64,000 nucleotides of DNA from Thermoleophilia bacterium (GTDB taxonomy: Bacteria; Actinomycetota; Thermoleophilia; Gaiellales; Gaiellaceae). Positions 34,443 to 42,638 of the stretch are shown here, piece after piece (within the stretch, counting starts at the first letter, position 1; the number at the start of each line of letters is the position of its first letter). A program made the translations under genes and the position numbers. The stretch spans positions 12,272-76,271 of the forward strand of contig JAHDVS010000008.1 of assembly GCA_023382435.1 (NCBI GenBank), written 5' to 3'. The notes below the pieces were generated by a model that was given only the letters and a program-made list of their open reading frames with translations, was not told the origin of the DNA and did not search any database.

Positions 34443-35906
34443 TCAGCACCGCTCGCGCCGCGCCGCGAGAGCCTGGTTCGCCTTCACGGCAAGCCACAAC
34501 TCCATGCGCTGCTCGGGGTCGTCCGGGTGGCGGCCCGTCTGCTCGCGCAGCCGGTCCATCCGGTAGCGGAGCGTGTGGCGGTGAACGCCCAGCCGATCGG
34601 CAGCATCGCTCCAGCGACAGCCCGACGCGAGCAGCGCGCTCAGGGACTCGACGAGCCACACGTTGGCGGCAACCGGGCCGAGCACGCGGTCGACGAACGC
34701 CTCGAGCGCCGCGTCGGGCAGGCTGAGGAGGAGCTCCAGGGAGCCGAGCTCGTGGTAGGAGGCGACGGCCGTTGATGTCGCGTCGAGCGCAGCACGCGCC
34801 TCGAGCAGGCTGCGCCCCAGAGATCGCCCGTGGGCCGGCCGGCCGACGCCGACGCGGGCGTCCGGCTCGACGCTCACGACCCCCCGGGCGAGGCCGAGGA
34901 TCGCCTCCTCGCTGTCCGCCTCGACGAGGAACGCGGCCCGATCGCGCCGGGCGGTCGAGAGGTAGCGCAGGGCGCGGCGGTCGAGCTCGCGCGCAACCGT
35001 CGAGCGCAGGCGCTCGCCGGTCAGGCCGTTGCGCGGCACGGCCAGCAGCGCGGCGTAGTCGCGCGCAGGCTCGAGCCCGAACGCGGCCATCCGCCGGGCG
35101 GTCTCCCGGTCGTCCAGGCGCTCCCGCTCGAGATCCTCGAGCAGATCGCCGGCGAGGCGCAGCTCGGCCGCCGAGACCGCGTGGCGGCGCGAAAGCTCGA
35201 ACGCGAGCGCGGTCTGGCCGTGGTGGAGAACGAGCCGGTCGTACTCCGAGAACTCGCCCCGCTCGCGCTTCGCCCTCAGCGTCGCGATTTCCTCGTCCGC
35301 GACCACCGGCAGCTCGAGCGCGCCGGCGAACGGAAGCCTCTTCCCCGCATGCCTCTCGGCGAGCACCCGCCCACCGTCGTCGACGAGCGCGAGACTGCAA
35401 CCGAGATGATTGCAGAGCACCGCGAGCAGGGCCCGCAGCCCGCGTCCGTGGATCACGGCCTGGGCGAGGCGCTCGTGCACCTCGAGCGCCTGGGTGACTT
35501 GCTCGAGCTGCTCGTTCGCGAGGTGCGCGAAGACCGCCTTCGAGATCGCGATGAACGGCACGTCGTACGGGACTGCCAGAACGGGGAACCCGAGCCGGTC
35601 ACCCGCCCGCACGACCGCCGCCGGCACCTCGTCGTAGCCGAAGCCGGTGCCGAACCCGAGCCCGGCGAGGCCGTGGACGGCGAGGCGCCGCACGTACGTG
35701 CGCTGCCCGGCCGCGGTCCGTGGGATTCCGAGCCCCGTGGTCAGCAGGAGCTCACCGCCGGCGAGCCACGGCGTCGGGTCCGCCAGCTCAGAGGCGTGAA
35801 GCCAGCGGATCTCGTTCCCGAGACCCGGCTCGCCCGCCACGACGCGCAGCTCGAGAGCCGGCATCGCCACGATGTCCTGAACCCGGAGCATCTCGCGCCG
35901 GCGCAT
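34443..35906 (-). CDS. PucR-family transcriptional regulator
   Basis: 487 aa; N-terminal PucR-like domain (LRVQDIVAMPALELRVVAGE) and C-terminal HTH (AADRLGVHRHTLRYRMDRLREQTG); alternative start at 35891. Confidence 0.85.
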   Translation of the reverse strand: MRRREMLRVQDIVAMPALELRVVAGEPGLGNEIRWLHASELADPTPWLAGGELLLTTGLGIPRTAAGQRTYVRRLAVHGLAGLGFGTGFGYDEVPAAVVRAGDRLGFPVLAVPYDVPFIAISKAVFAHLANEQLEQVTQALEVHERLAQAVIHGRGLRALLAVLCNHLGCSLALVDDGGRVLAERHAGKRLPFAGALELPVVADEEIATLRAKRERGEFSEYDRLVLHHGQTALAFELSRRHAVSAAELRLAGDLLEDLERERLDDRETARRMAAFGLEPARDYAALLAVPRNGLTGERLRSTVARELDRRALRYLSTARRDRAAFLVEADSEEAILGLARGVVSVEPDARVGVGRPAHGRSLGRSLLEARAALDATSTAVASYHELGSLELLLSLPDAALEAFVDRVLGPVAANVWLVESLSALLASGCRWSDAADRLGVHRHTLRYRMDRLREQTGRHPDDPEQRMELWLAVKANQALAARRERC

Positions 35907-35940
35907 TGTACGTCGTGTCGAAGCCGGCAGCGCCTGCGGC

Positions 35941-35946
35941 TAGGAT
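35941..35946 (+). promoter_or_regulatory. -10-like hexamer TAGGAT, 7 nt upstream of the purM GTG (leaderless candidate)
   Basis: CTAGGATTG at 35940..35948; the same 9-mer occurs 6 nt upstream of the DUF4389 ATG at 55413..55421. Confidence 0.35.
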
Positions 35947-35953
35947 TGACGCG

Positions 35954-36910
35954 GTGGCGGAGCCGAGCTACGAGGACGCCGGCGTCTCGCTCGGCAAGGC
36001 CGAGGCCGTGGTCGAGCGGCTGCGCGCCGCGGTCGAGTCGACGCGCACAGCGGGCGTCGTCGGCGCATTCGGCGCGTTCGCGGGGCTCTTCGACCCGGGT
36101 GGCGGCCAACTGCTCGCCGCCTCCACCGACGGGCTCGGCACGAAGCTCGTGCTCGCGCGCAGGGCCGGGCGTCTGCGCGAAGCGGGCGCGTGCCTCGCCG
36201 CCCACTGCGTCAACGACGTGCTCACCAGCGGGGCGCGACCGCTCTTCTTCCTCGACTACGTGGCCGCGGCGGAGCTCGACCTCGAGCAGGTGGCGGAGCT
36301 CGTCGAGGGGGCGGCGGAGACGTGCCGCGCCGCGGGCTGCGCGATCCTGGGCGGGGAGACCGCCGAGATGCCCGGCGTCTACCGCGACGGGGAGCTCGAC
36401 GTCGCGGGCACCTGTGTGGGCGCCGTCGAGCGCGACCGGGTGATCGACGGCGCGCGGGTCGAGCCGGGCGACGTCGTGCTCGGCCTGCCGTCCTCCGGCT
36501 TCCACTGCAACGGCTACACGCTCGTGCGCCGCCTGCTCGGGAACGACCCGTTCGACGCCGACCTGGTGCTGGCGCCGACGCGGCTGTACGTGGAGGACGT
36601 CGCTCGCCTGCGCGAGCGCTGCGACGTCCGCGCGCTCGCCAACGTCACCGGCGGCGGCATCCCCGGCAACCTGGCTCGGGTCCTCCCCGCGGGACTGCGA
36701 GCGGCGATCGACCCCGCAAGCTGGGAGCGGCCGGAGGTGTTCCGCTGGCTCGACGAGCGGGGAGTGCCGGAGGAGGAACAACGACGCGTCTTCAACCTCG
36801 GCATCGGCTACTGCGCGGTCGTGCCCGCGGCCGACGCGGCCGGCAGCGGCCTCACCGCAATCGGGCGGATCGAGCGCGGCTCCGGCGGCGTCGTCTTCTC
36901 GGACTCGTGA
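35954..36910 (+). CDS. purM: phosphoribosylformylglycinamidine cyclo-ligase (AIR synthetase)
   Basis: Track ORF trimmed to GTG 35954 (VAEPSYEDAGVSLGKAEAVVERLR); STDGLGTKL motif. Confidence 0.9.
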   Translation: MAEPSYEDAGVSLGKAEAVVERLRAAVESTRTAGVVGAFGAFAGLFDPGGGQLLAASTDGLGTKLVLARRAGRLREAGACLAAHCVNDVLTSGARPLFFLDYVAAAELDLEQVAELVEGAAETCRAAGCAILGGETAEMPGVYRDGELDVAGTCVGAVERDRVIDGARVEPGDVVLGLPSSGFHCNGYTLVRRLLGNDPFDADLVLAPTRLYVEDVARLRERCDVRALANVTGGGIPGNLARVLPAGLRAAIDPASWERPEVFRWLDERGVPEEEQRRVFNLGIGYCAVVPAADAAGSGLTAIGRIERGSGGVVFSDS

Positions 36911-37467
36911 TCGGCGTCCTCGTCTCCGGCTCGGGCACGAACCTCCAGGCGCTGATCGACGCCGGCCTGCCGATCGCGGGCGTCGCGAGCAACGTGCCCG
37001 GCGCGTACGCGCTCGAGCGGGCGAGACGGGCGGGAGTCCCCGTGGCCGTATTCGAGCTGCCCGACTTCGAGACGCGCGAGGCACGAGACCTCGCGATGGC
37101 GAGCTGGCTCGTCGAGCAGGGCGCCGCACTCATCATCTGCGCCGGTTACATGCACATCCTCACGCCCGCGTTCCTCGAGTGCTTCCCCGGCTCCGTCCTC
37201 AACGTCCACCCCTCCCTGCTCCCGGCCTTCCCCGGCACGCATGCCGTCCACGACGCGCTCGCCGCGGGCGTGGCCGAGACCGGGGTCACCGTTCACCTCG
37301 TCGACGAGGGCGTGGACACGGGCCTGGTGCTGGCGCAGGAGCGGGTCCCCGTTCTGCCGGACGACACCGAGGAGACGCTGCTCGAGCGCCTGCACGTTGT
37401 CGAGCACCGGCTCCTGCCGGTCGCGACTCGAAACCTGCTCGCGAAGCGTTTACAGTCGCACGCGTGA
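36907..37467 (+). CDS. purN: phosphoribosylglycinamide formyltransferase
   Basis: VIGVLVSGSGTNLQALID... and NVHPSLLPAFPG motifs; GTGA overlap with purM. Confidence 0.9.
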   Translation: MIGVLVSGSGTNLQALIDAGLPIAGVASNVPGAYALERARRAGVPVAVFELPDFETREARDLAMASWLVEQGAALIICAGYMHILTPAFLECFPGSVLNVHPSLLPAFPGTHAVHDALAAGVAETGVTVHLVDEGVDTGLVLAQERVPVLPDDTEETLLERLHVVEHRLLPVATRNLLAKRLQSHA

Positions 37468-39005
37468 TCACGCGCGCAATCCTGTCGGTCTGGGACAAGA
37501 CCGGTCTCGACGAGCTCGCCCTCGGTCTCGCCGACCTCGGGGTGGAGCTGATCGCGAGCGGCGGCACGTCCGCCCGGCTCGCCGAGCTCGGGCTCGCGCA
37601 CACGCGCGTGGACGACGTGACCGGGTTCCCGGAGCTCCTTGGCGGACGGGTCAAGACGCTGCATCCGCGAATCCACGCGGGCATCCTCGCCCGGCGTGAC
37701 CTGGACGACGACCGCGACGCGCTCACCGAGCACGGGATCGAGCCGATCGACCTCGTCTGCGTCAACCTGTACCCGTTCGACGAGGTCGCCTGGCGCAAGG
37801 ACACACGCGAGGAGGAGGCCGTCGAGATGATCGACGTCGGCGGCCCCACCCTCCTTCGCGCCGCGGCCAAGAACTTCACGCACGTCGCGCCGGTCTGCTC
37901 CCCGACCCAGTACGGGCCCGTGCTCGCGGAACTGCGGAAGCAAGGGACGCTCTCGGCCTCGACGAGGCGCAAGCTCGCGGCCGCGACGTTCGCGTACACC
38001 GCCGCCTACGAGGCGTCGATCGCGGCCTGGTTCGCCGACCGCGAGGCGTTCCCGGCCCGCTTCGTCGTCGCGCTCGAGAAGCGGCTCGATCTCCCCTACG
38101 GCGAGAACCCCCACCAGCGCGCTGCCTACTACAGCGAGGCGGAAGCCGCCCGCCACCTGCTCTCGCGCGTAGAGCAGCGGTCCGGACGCGAGCTCTCGTT
38201 CAACAACCTGAACGACCTCTGGGCGGCGCGCTCGTTGCTCGAGGAGCTCTCGCTGCCGGCCTGCGTGATCGTCAAGCACGCGAACCCGTGCGGGTGCGCG
38301 CTCGCCGGCTCGATCGAGGACGCGTACGCGAAGGCGCTCGCATGCGACCCGGTGTCGGCCTACGGAGGCGTCGTCGCGCTCAACCGGACGGTCGAGGCGG
38401 AGCTCGCCCGCCAGCTCGCCGGCCAGTTCGTCGAGGTCCTGATCGCGCCGGACTACACGGAGGAGGCACTCGCCATCCTCGGCGCGAAGCCGTCGTCCCG
38501 GATCCTCGCGAGCGGCGAGCACAGGCTCGCGCCGGCCGGGGAGCGGGACTACCGGCGCGTGCTCGGCGGTTTCCTCGTCCAGGACGCGGACCTCGAGATG
38601 GACGAGCGGGACGGCATGGAGGTCGTGACCGGAGCGCACCCCTGCGAAGACTCGTGGGGCGACCTGCTGCTCGCCTGGCGCGTGGCCAGGCACGTCGCCT
38701 CGAATGCGATCGTGATCGCCAAGGGCCTCGCGACGATCGGGATCGGAGGGGGCCAGACGAGCCGCGTCGACGCCGTGCGGATCGCGCTCGACAAGGCGCG
38801 CGCGCACGGCCACGACCCGACGGGGGCCGCGCTCGCCTCGGATGCGTTCTTCCCCTTCGCCGACGGTGTCGAGCTCGCCCTCGACGCGGGCGTGACGGCG
38901 ATCGTCCAGCCCGGCGGCTCCAAGCGTGACGACGAAGTGGCCCGGGCGGTGGCGGAGGCGGGCGCCGCGATGGTGTTCACGGGCCGCCGTCACTTCAAAC
39001 ATTGA
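37464..39005 (+). CDS. purH: bifunctional AICAR transformylase / IMP cyclohydrolase
   Basis: VITRAILSVWDKTGL.., GGRVKTLHPRIHAGIL, ..FTGRRHFKH end; GTGA overlap with purN. Confidence 0.92.
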   Translation: MITRAILSVWDKTGLDELALGLADLGVELIASGGTSARLAELGLAHTRVDDVTGFPELLGGRVKTLHPRIHAGILARRDLDDDRDALTEHGIEPIDLVCVNLYPFDEVAWRKDTREEEAVEMIDVGGPTLLRAAAKNFTHVAPVCSPTQYGPVLAELRKQGTLSASTRRKLAAATFAYTAAYEASIAAWFADREAFPARFVVALEKRLDLPYGENPHQRAAYYSEAEAARHLLSRVEQRSGRELSFNNLNDLWAARSLLEELSLPACVIVKHANPCGCALAGSIEDAYAKALACDPVSAYGGVVALNRTVEAELARQLAGQFVEVLIAPDYTEEALAILGAKPSSRILASGEHRLAPAGERDYRRVLGGFLVQDADLEMDERDGMEVVTGAHPCEDSWGDLLLAWRVARHVASNAIVIAKGLATIGIGGGQTSRVDAVRIALDKARAHGHDPTGAALASDAFFPFADGVELALDAGVTAIVQPGGSKRDDEVARAVAEAGAAMVFTGRRHFKH

Positions 39006-39021
39006 AGTAGAGTTTCGGAAG

Positions 39022-40419
39022 ATGCCCCGCGAATACCCCACGGTGCTCGAGCTCGTCGGGGGAACGCCGATCGTCCGGCTCGCGCGGCTCGGCCGCGACG
39101 ACGGGCCGCAGTTGCTCCTGAAGCTCGAGTACATGAACCCGGGCGGCAGCGTCAAGGACCGGATCGGACTCGCGATGATCGAACGGGCCGAGCGGGAGGG
39201 GAAGCTCCGGCCGGGCGGAACGATCGTCGAGCCGACGAGCGGCAATACCGGTGTCGCGCTCGCGATGGCCGCGGCCGTGCGCGGCTACCGCTGCATCTTC
39301 GTGATGCCGGACAAGATGAGCCAGGAGAAGATCTCGCTCCTGCGCGCCTACGGCGCCGAGGTCGTGATCTGCCCGACCGCCGTCCCGCCCGAGTCGCCCG
39401 AGAGCTACTACTCGGTCTCCGACCGGCTGGCCGAGGAGATCCCGGGCGCGTACAAGCCGGACCAGTACTCGAACCCTGCCAACCCGGAGGCCCACTACAG
39501 GACAACCGGTCCGGAGATCTGGGAGCAGACCGGCGGCGAGCTCGACGCGATCGTCTTCGGCGTCGGCACCGGCGGCACCGTCAGCGGCAGCGCCCGCTAC
39601 CTGAAGGAGCGCAAGCCCGACCTGCTCGTCGTCGGCGCCGACCCCGAGGGTTCGATCTTCTCGTCCCCGACCGTCCACCCCTACCTGGTCGAGGGGATCG
39701 GCGAGGACTTCTGGCCCGAGACGTTCGACCGCTCCGTCGTCGACGAGTTCGTGACCGTCTCCGACCGGGGCTGCTTCGTGACCGCGCGGCGACTCGCGCG
39801 CGAGGAGGGCCTGCTCGTTGGTGGCTCGGGCGGCGCCGCCGCCGCAGCGCTGCTGGCCGTGGCCGAGCGCTTCGGGTCCGGCGCTTCGCTGCTCGCGCTC
39901 GTCCCGGACGGAGGCCGCGCCTACCTGTCGCGCTTCTACGACGACAACTGGATGCTCGAGCACGGCTTTGCCGAGCGGCGAGCCCCGGCGCCGACGATCG
40001 GGGAGGTGCTGGCGTTCAAGCGCGGAGAGGAACACGCGCCTGAGCTGATCGTGGTCGAGTCGCACCAGCCGGTCAGCCACGCAATCGAGCTGATGGAGCG
40101 CTACGGGATCTCCCAGCTCCCGGTCGTGCGGCACGAGCCCGCGCAGTCGCTCGCGGACGTGATCGGCTCGGTCCGCGAGCGCGGCCTGCTCGAGCGGCTC
40201 TACCGCAACCCCGGCGCGCTCGGCGACGACGTCGCCGGGCTGATGGAGGCGCCGCTGCCCGCGGTCGAGAGCGAGTCCTCGGTCGACGCCGTCTTCGCTG
40301 ACCTGTCGGGCGAGAGCCGCGCGGTCGTGGTCGCCCAGGCTGGGCGCCCCGCCGGCGTGCTGACCCGCGCCGACCTGCTCGAGTACCTGGCGCATCAGGG
40401 CGCGACCATCGTCACCTGA
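39022..40419 (+). CDS. cystathionine beta-synthase (PLP domain + CBS pair)
   Basis: NPGGSVKDRIG PLP-lysine motif, GVGTGGT loop, C-terminal tandem CBS-domain region. Confidence 0.88.
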   Translation: MPREYPTVLELVGGTPIVRLARLGRDDGPQLLLKLEYMNPGGSVKDRIGLAMIERAEREGKLRPGGTIVEPTSGNTGVALAMAAAVRGYRCIFVMPDKMSQEKISLLRAYGAEVVICPTAVPPESPESYYSVSDRLAEEIPGAYKPDQYSNPANPEAHYRTTGPEIWEQTGGELDAIVFGVGTGGTVSGSARYLKERKPDLLVVGADPEGSIFSSPTVHPYLVEGIGEDFWPETFDRSVVDEFVTVSDRGCFVTARRLAREEGLLVGGSGGAAAAALLAVAERFGSGASLLALVPDGGRAYLSRFYDDNWMLEHGFAERRAPAPTIGEVLAFKRGEEHAPELIVVESHQPVSHAIELMERYGISQLPVVRHEPAQSLADVIGSVRERGLLERLYRNPGALGDDVAGLMEAPLPAVESESSVDAVFADLSGESRAVVVAQAGRPAGVLTRADLLEYLAHQGATIVT

Positions 40420-40440
40420 CCTGCCTGTACGATCGCACCG

Positions 40441-41595
40441 GTGGAGTTCGAGACCCGCGCGATCCACACCGGTCAGGCGCCGGACCCGGAGACGGGCGCC
40501 GTGATCGTCCCGATCTACCAGACCTCGACGTTCGCGCAGGAGGCAGTGGGCCGCTTCCGGTACGACTACTCACGCACGGCGAACCCGACGCGCGAGGCGC
40601 TCGAGACGTGCCTTGCGTCGCTCGAGAGCGCGGAGCACGGGCTCGCGTTCGCGTCCGGGATGGCGGCGGCCACGACCGTGATGCACCTCGTCTCGCCGGG
40701 GGAGCGGGTGGCGTCGGTCAACGACGTCTACGGCGGCACCTACCGGCTGTTCGAGCGGGTCTATGCGCCGAAGGGGTACTCGTTCGACTACCTGACCGCC
40801 GAGGAACTGGGTGCCGGCCTGGCGGCGCGACTCGACGAGCGCACCCGTCTCGTCTGGGTCGAGACTCCGACCAACCCGTTCCTGCGGGTCGTCGACCTCG
40901 CGGCGGCGGCCGAGGCGGCCCACGCTGTCGGCGCGCTGCTCGTCGTCGACAACACGTTCGCGACGCCGTACCTCCAGCGCCCGCTCGAGCTCGGCGCCGA
41001 CCTCGTCCTCCACTCGACGACGAAGTACCTCGGCGGGCACTCGGACGTCGTCGGCGGCTTCGTCGCGACGGGCGACGGCGCGCTCGCTGAGCGCCTGGGC
41101 TTCCTTCAGAACTCGCTCGGGGCGGTGCCTGGCCCATTCGACTCCTGGCTCGTCCTCCGCGGGCTCAAGACCCTGTCCCTGCGGATGCGCGAGCACTGCG
41201 CGAACGCCCGGCAGGTCGCCGCCTTCCTCGACGGACACCCCACGGTCGCCCGGGTGCACTACCCGGGCCTGGCCGGCCACCCCGGCCACGAGATCGCCGC
41301 GAGCCAGATGCACGACTTCGGCGGGATGGTCTCGTTCGAGGTCGATGGCTCCCGCGAGGACGCGCTGCGCGTCGTCGAGCGCACGCGCCTGTTCACGCTC
41401 GCCGAGAGCCTCGGCGGCGTCGAGAGCCTGATCGAGCACCCGGGGCTGATGACGCATGCGAGCCTCGCCGGCTCGCCGTTCGAGCTTCCCGACACGTTGA
41501 TCCGCCTCTCGGTCGGAATCGAGGCCGCCGCGGATCTCCTCGCCGACCTGGAGCAGGCCCTCGCCGGCACGGCCCCGCACGCGGGCGGGTCCTGA
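40441..41595 (+). CDS. cystathionine gamma-lyase/synthase family PLP enzyme
   Basis: YSRTANPTREALE and HSTTKYLGGHSD (PLP lysine) motifs. Confidence 0.88.
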   Translation: MEFETRAIHTGQAPDPETGAVIVPIYQTSTFAQEAVGRFRYDYSRTANPTREALETCLASLESAEHGLAFASGMAAATTVMHLVSPGERVASVNDVYGGTYRLFERVYAPKGYSFDYLTAEELGAGLAARLDERTRLVWVETPTNPFLRVVDLAAAAEAAHAVGALLVVDNTFATPYLQRPLELGADLVLHSTTKYLGGHSDVVGGFVATGDGALAERLGFLQNSLGAVPGPFDSWLVLRGLKTLSLRMREHCANARQVAAFLDGHPTVARVHYPGLAGHPGHEIAASQMHDFGGMVSFEVDGSREDALRVVERTRLFTLAESLGGVESLIEHPGLMTHASLAGSPFELPDTLIRLSVGIEAAADLLADLEQALAGTAPHAGGS

Positions 41596-41603
41596 CGCGG
41601 CCG

Positions 41604-42638
41604 TCAGACGGCGCCGGCCGAGCAGGCGAGCTCGTAGGCGGCGACGTAGTCGCGCACCATCCGGGCCGGTGCGAACCGCTCCTCGGCTGCGCGCCGGCAC
41701 TCGCGAGGGTCGATCCGCCGGACTTCGAGGATCGCGCCGGCCAGCCCGGCTTCGTCGTCGACGATCAGGCCGCTGCGCCCGTGCTCGATCACCTCCGGCA
41801 CCGCGCCACGCCGGGTGGCGACGACGGGGGTGCCACACGCCATCGACTCCACCATCACGAGGCCGAACGGCTCCTCCCACGAGATCGGGAAGATCGTGGC
41901 TCGCGCGCCCTGGAGCAGCGCCACCTTCTCCGCGTGGGTGACCTCGCCGAGGTATTCGATCCCCCGGCCCAGGTTCGGGCGCACGTGCGCCTCGAAGTAC
42001 TCCCGCTCCAGGGGCTCGCGCATCTTGCCCGCGAGCTTGAGCGGCAGGCCCACCCGCCGCGCCGCCTCGATCGCGCGGTGCGCGCCCTTCTCGAATGACA
42101 GGCGGCCCAGGAACAGCAGATAGTCGCCGCGGCCGGGATCGAACGGATAGTGCTCGAGGTCGATCGCGTTCGGGCAGTTCGCGAGCCACGGCAGGTCCGG
42201 GCGCGGCCGTCGCTGATTGAGCGAGAGCGAGATCAGACCGAGCCGCGGGGCAACACCGGCCACCTGCCCGTAGACGACCCCGGCCTCCCCGTCGAGCGGC
42301 CCGTGCACCGTGTGCACCACAGGCGTCGCGACCGTCCCGGCGAGCGCGGCCGCGGGCAGGCCCGAGTGGTCGTTGACGACATCGAACTCCCCGGCTCGCA
42401 CGAAGCACGTGAGCGCGTGACGCAGCTCGGTGAGCGAGGTGCCGATCCGTTCGGACGGCGCGCGCTCGTACACCGAGACGAGCCGCGCGGCCGTCCGCGA
42501 GTCGCCGGAGGCAAACAGGGTCACGTCGTGGCCCGCTGCGACGAGACCGTCGGCCAGGACGGCGACGACCCACTCGATCCCGCCGTACCCGGTCGGGGGC
42601 ACCGGGAACCAGACCGGGGCCAGGAGAGCAACCCTCAC
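41604..42638 (-). CDS. GT4-family glycosyltransferase
   Basis: C-terminal 344 aa of track ORF (VRVALLAPVWFPVPPTGYGGIE...); EEPFGLVMVESMACGTPVVA E-x7-E motif; GTGA overlap with the upstream gene. Confidence 0.85.
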   Translation of the reverse strand: MRVALLAPVWFPVPPTGYGGIEWVVAVLADGLVAAGHDVTLFASGDSRTAARLVSVYERAPSERIGTSLTELRHALTCFVRAGEFDVVNDHSGLPAAALAGTVATPVVHTVHGPLDGEAGVVYGQVAGVAPRLGLISLSLNQRRPRPDLPWLANCPNAIDLEHYPFDPGRGDYLLFLGRLSFEKGAHRAIEAARRVGLPLKLAGKMREPLEREYFEAHVRPNLGRGIEYLGEVTHAEKVALLQGARATIFPISWEEPFGLVMVESMACGTPVVATRRGAVPEVIEHGRSGLIVDDEAGLAGAILEVRRIDPRECRRAAEERFAPARMVRDYVAAYELACSAGAV

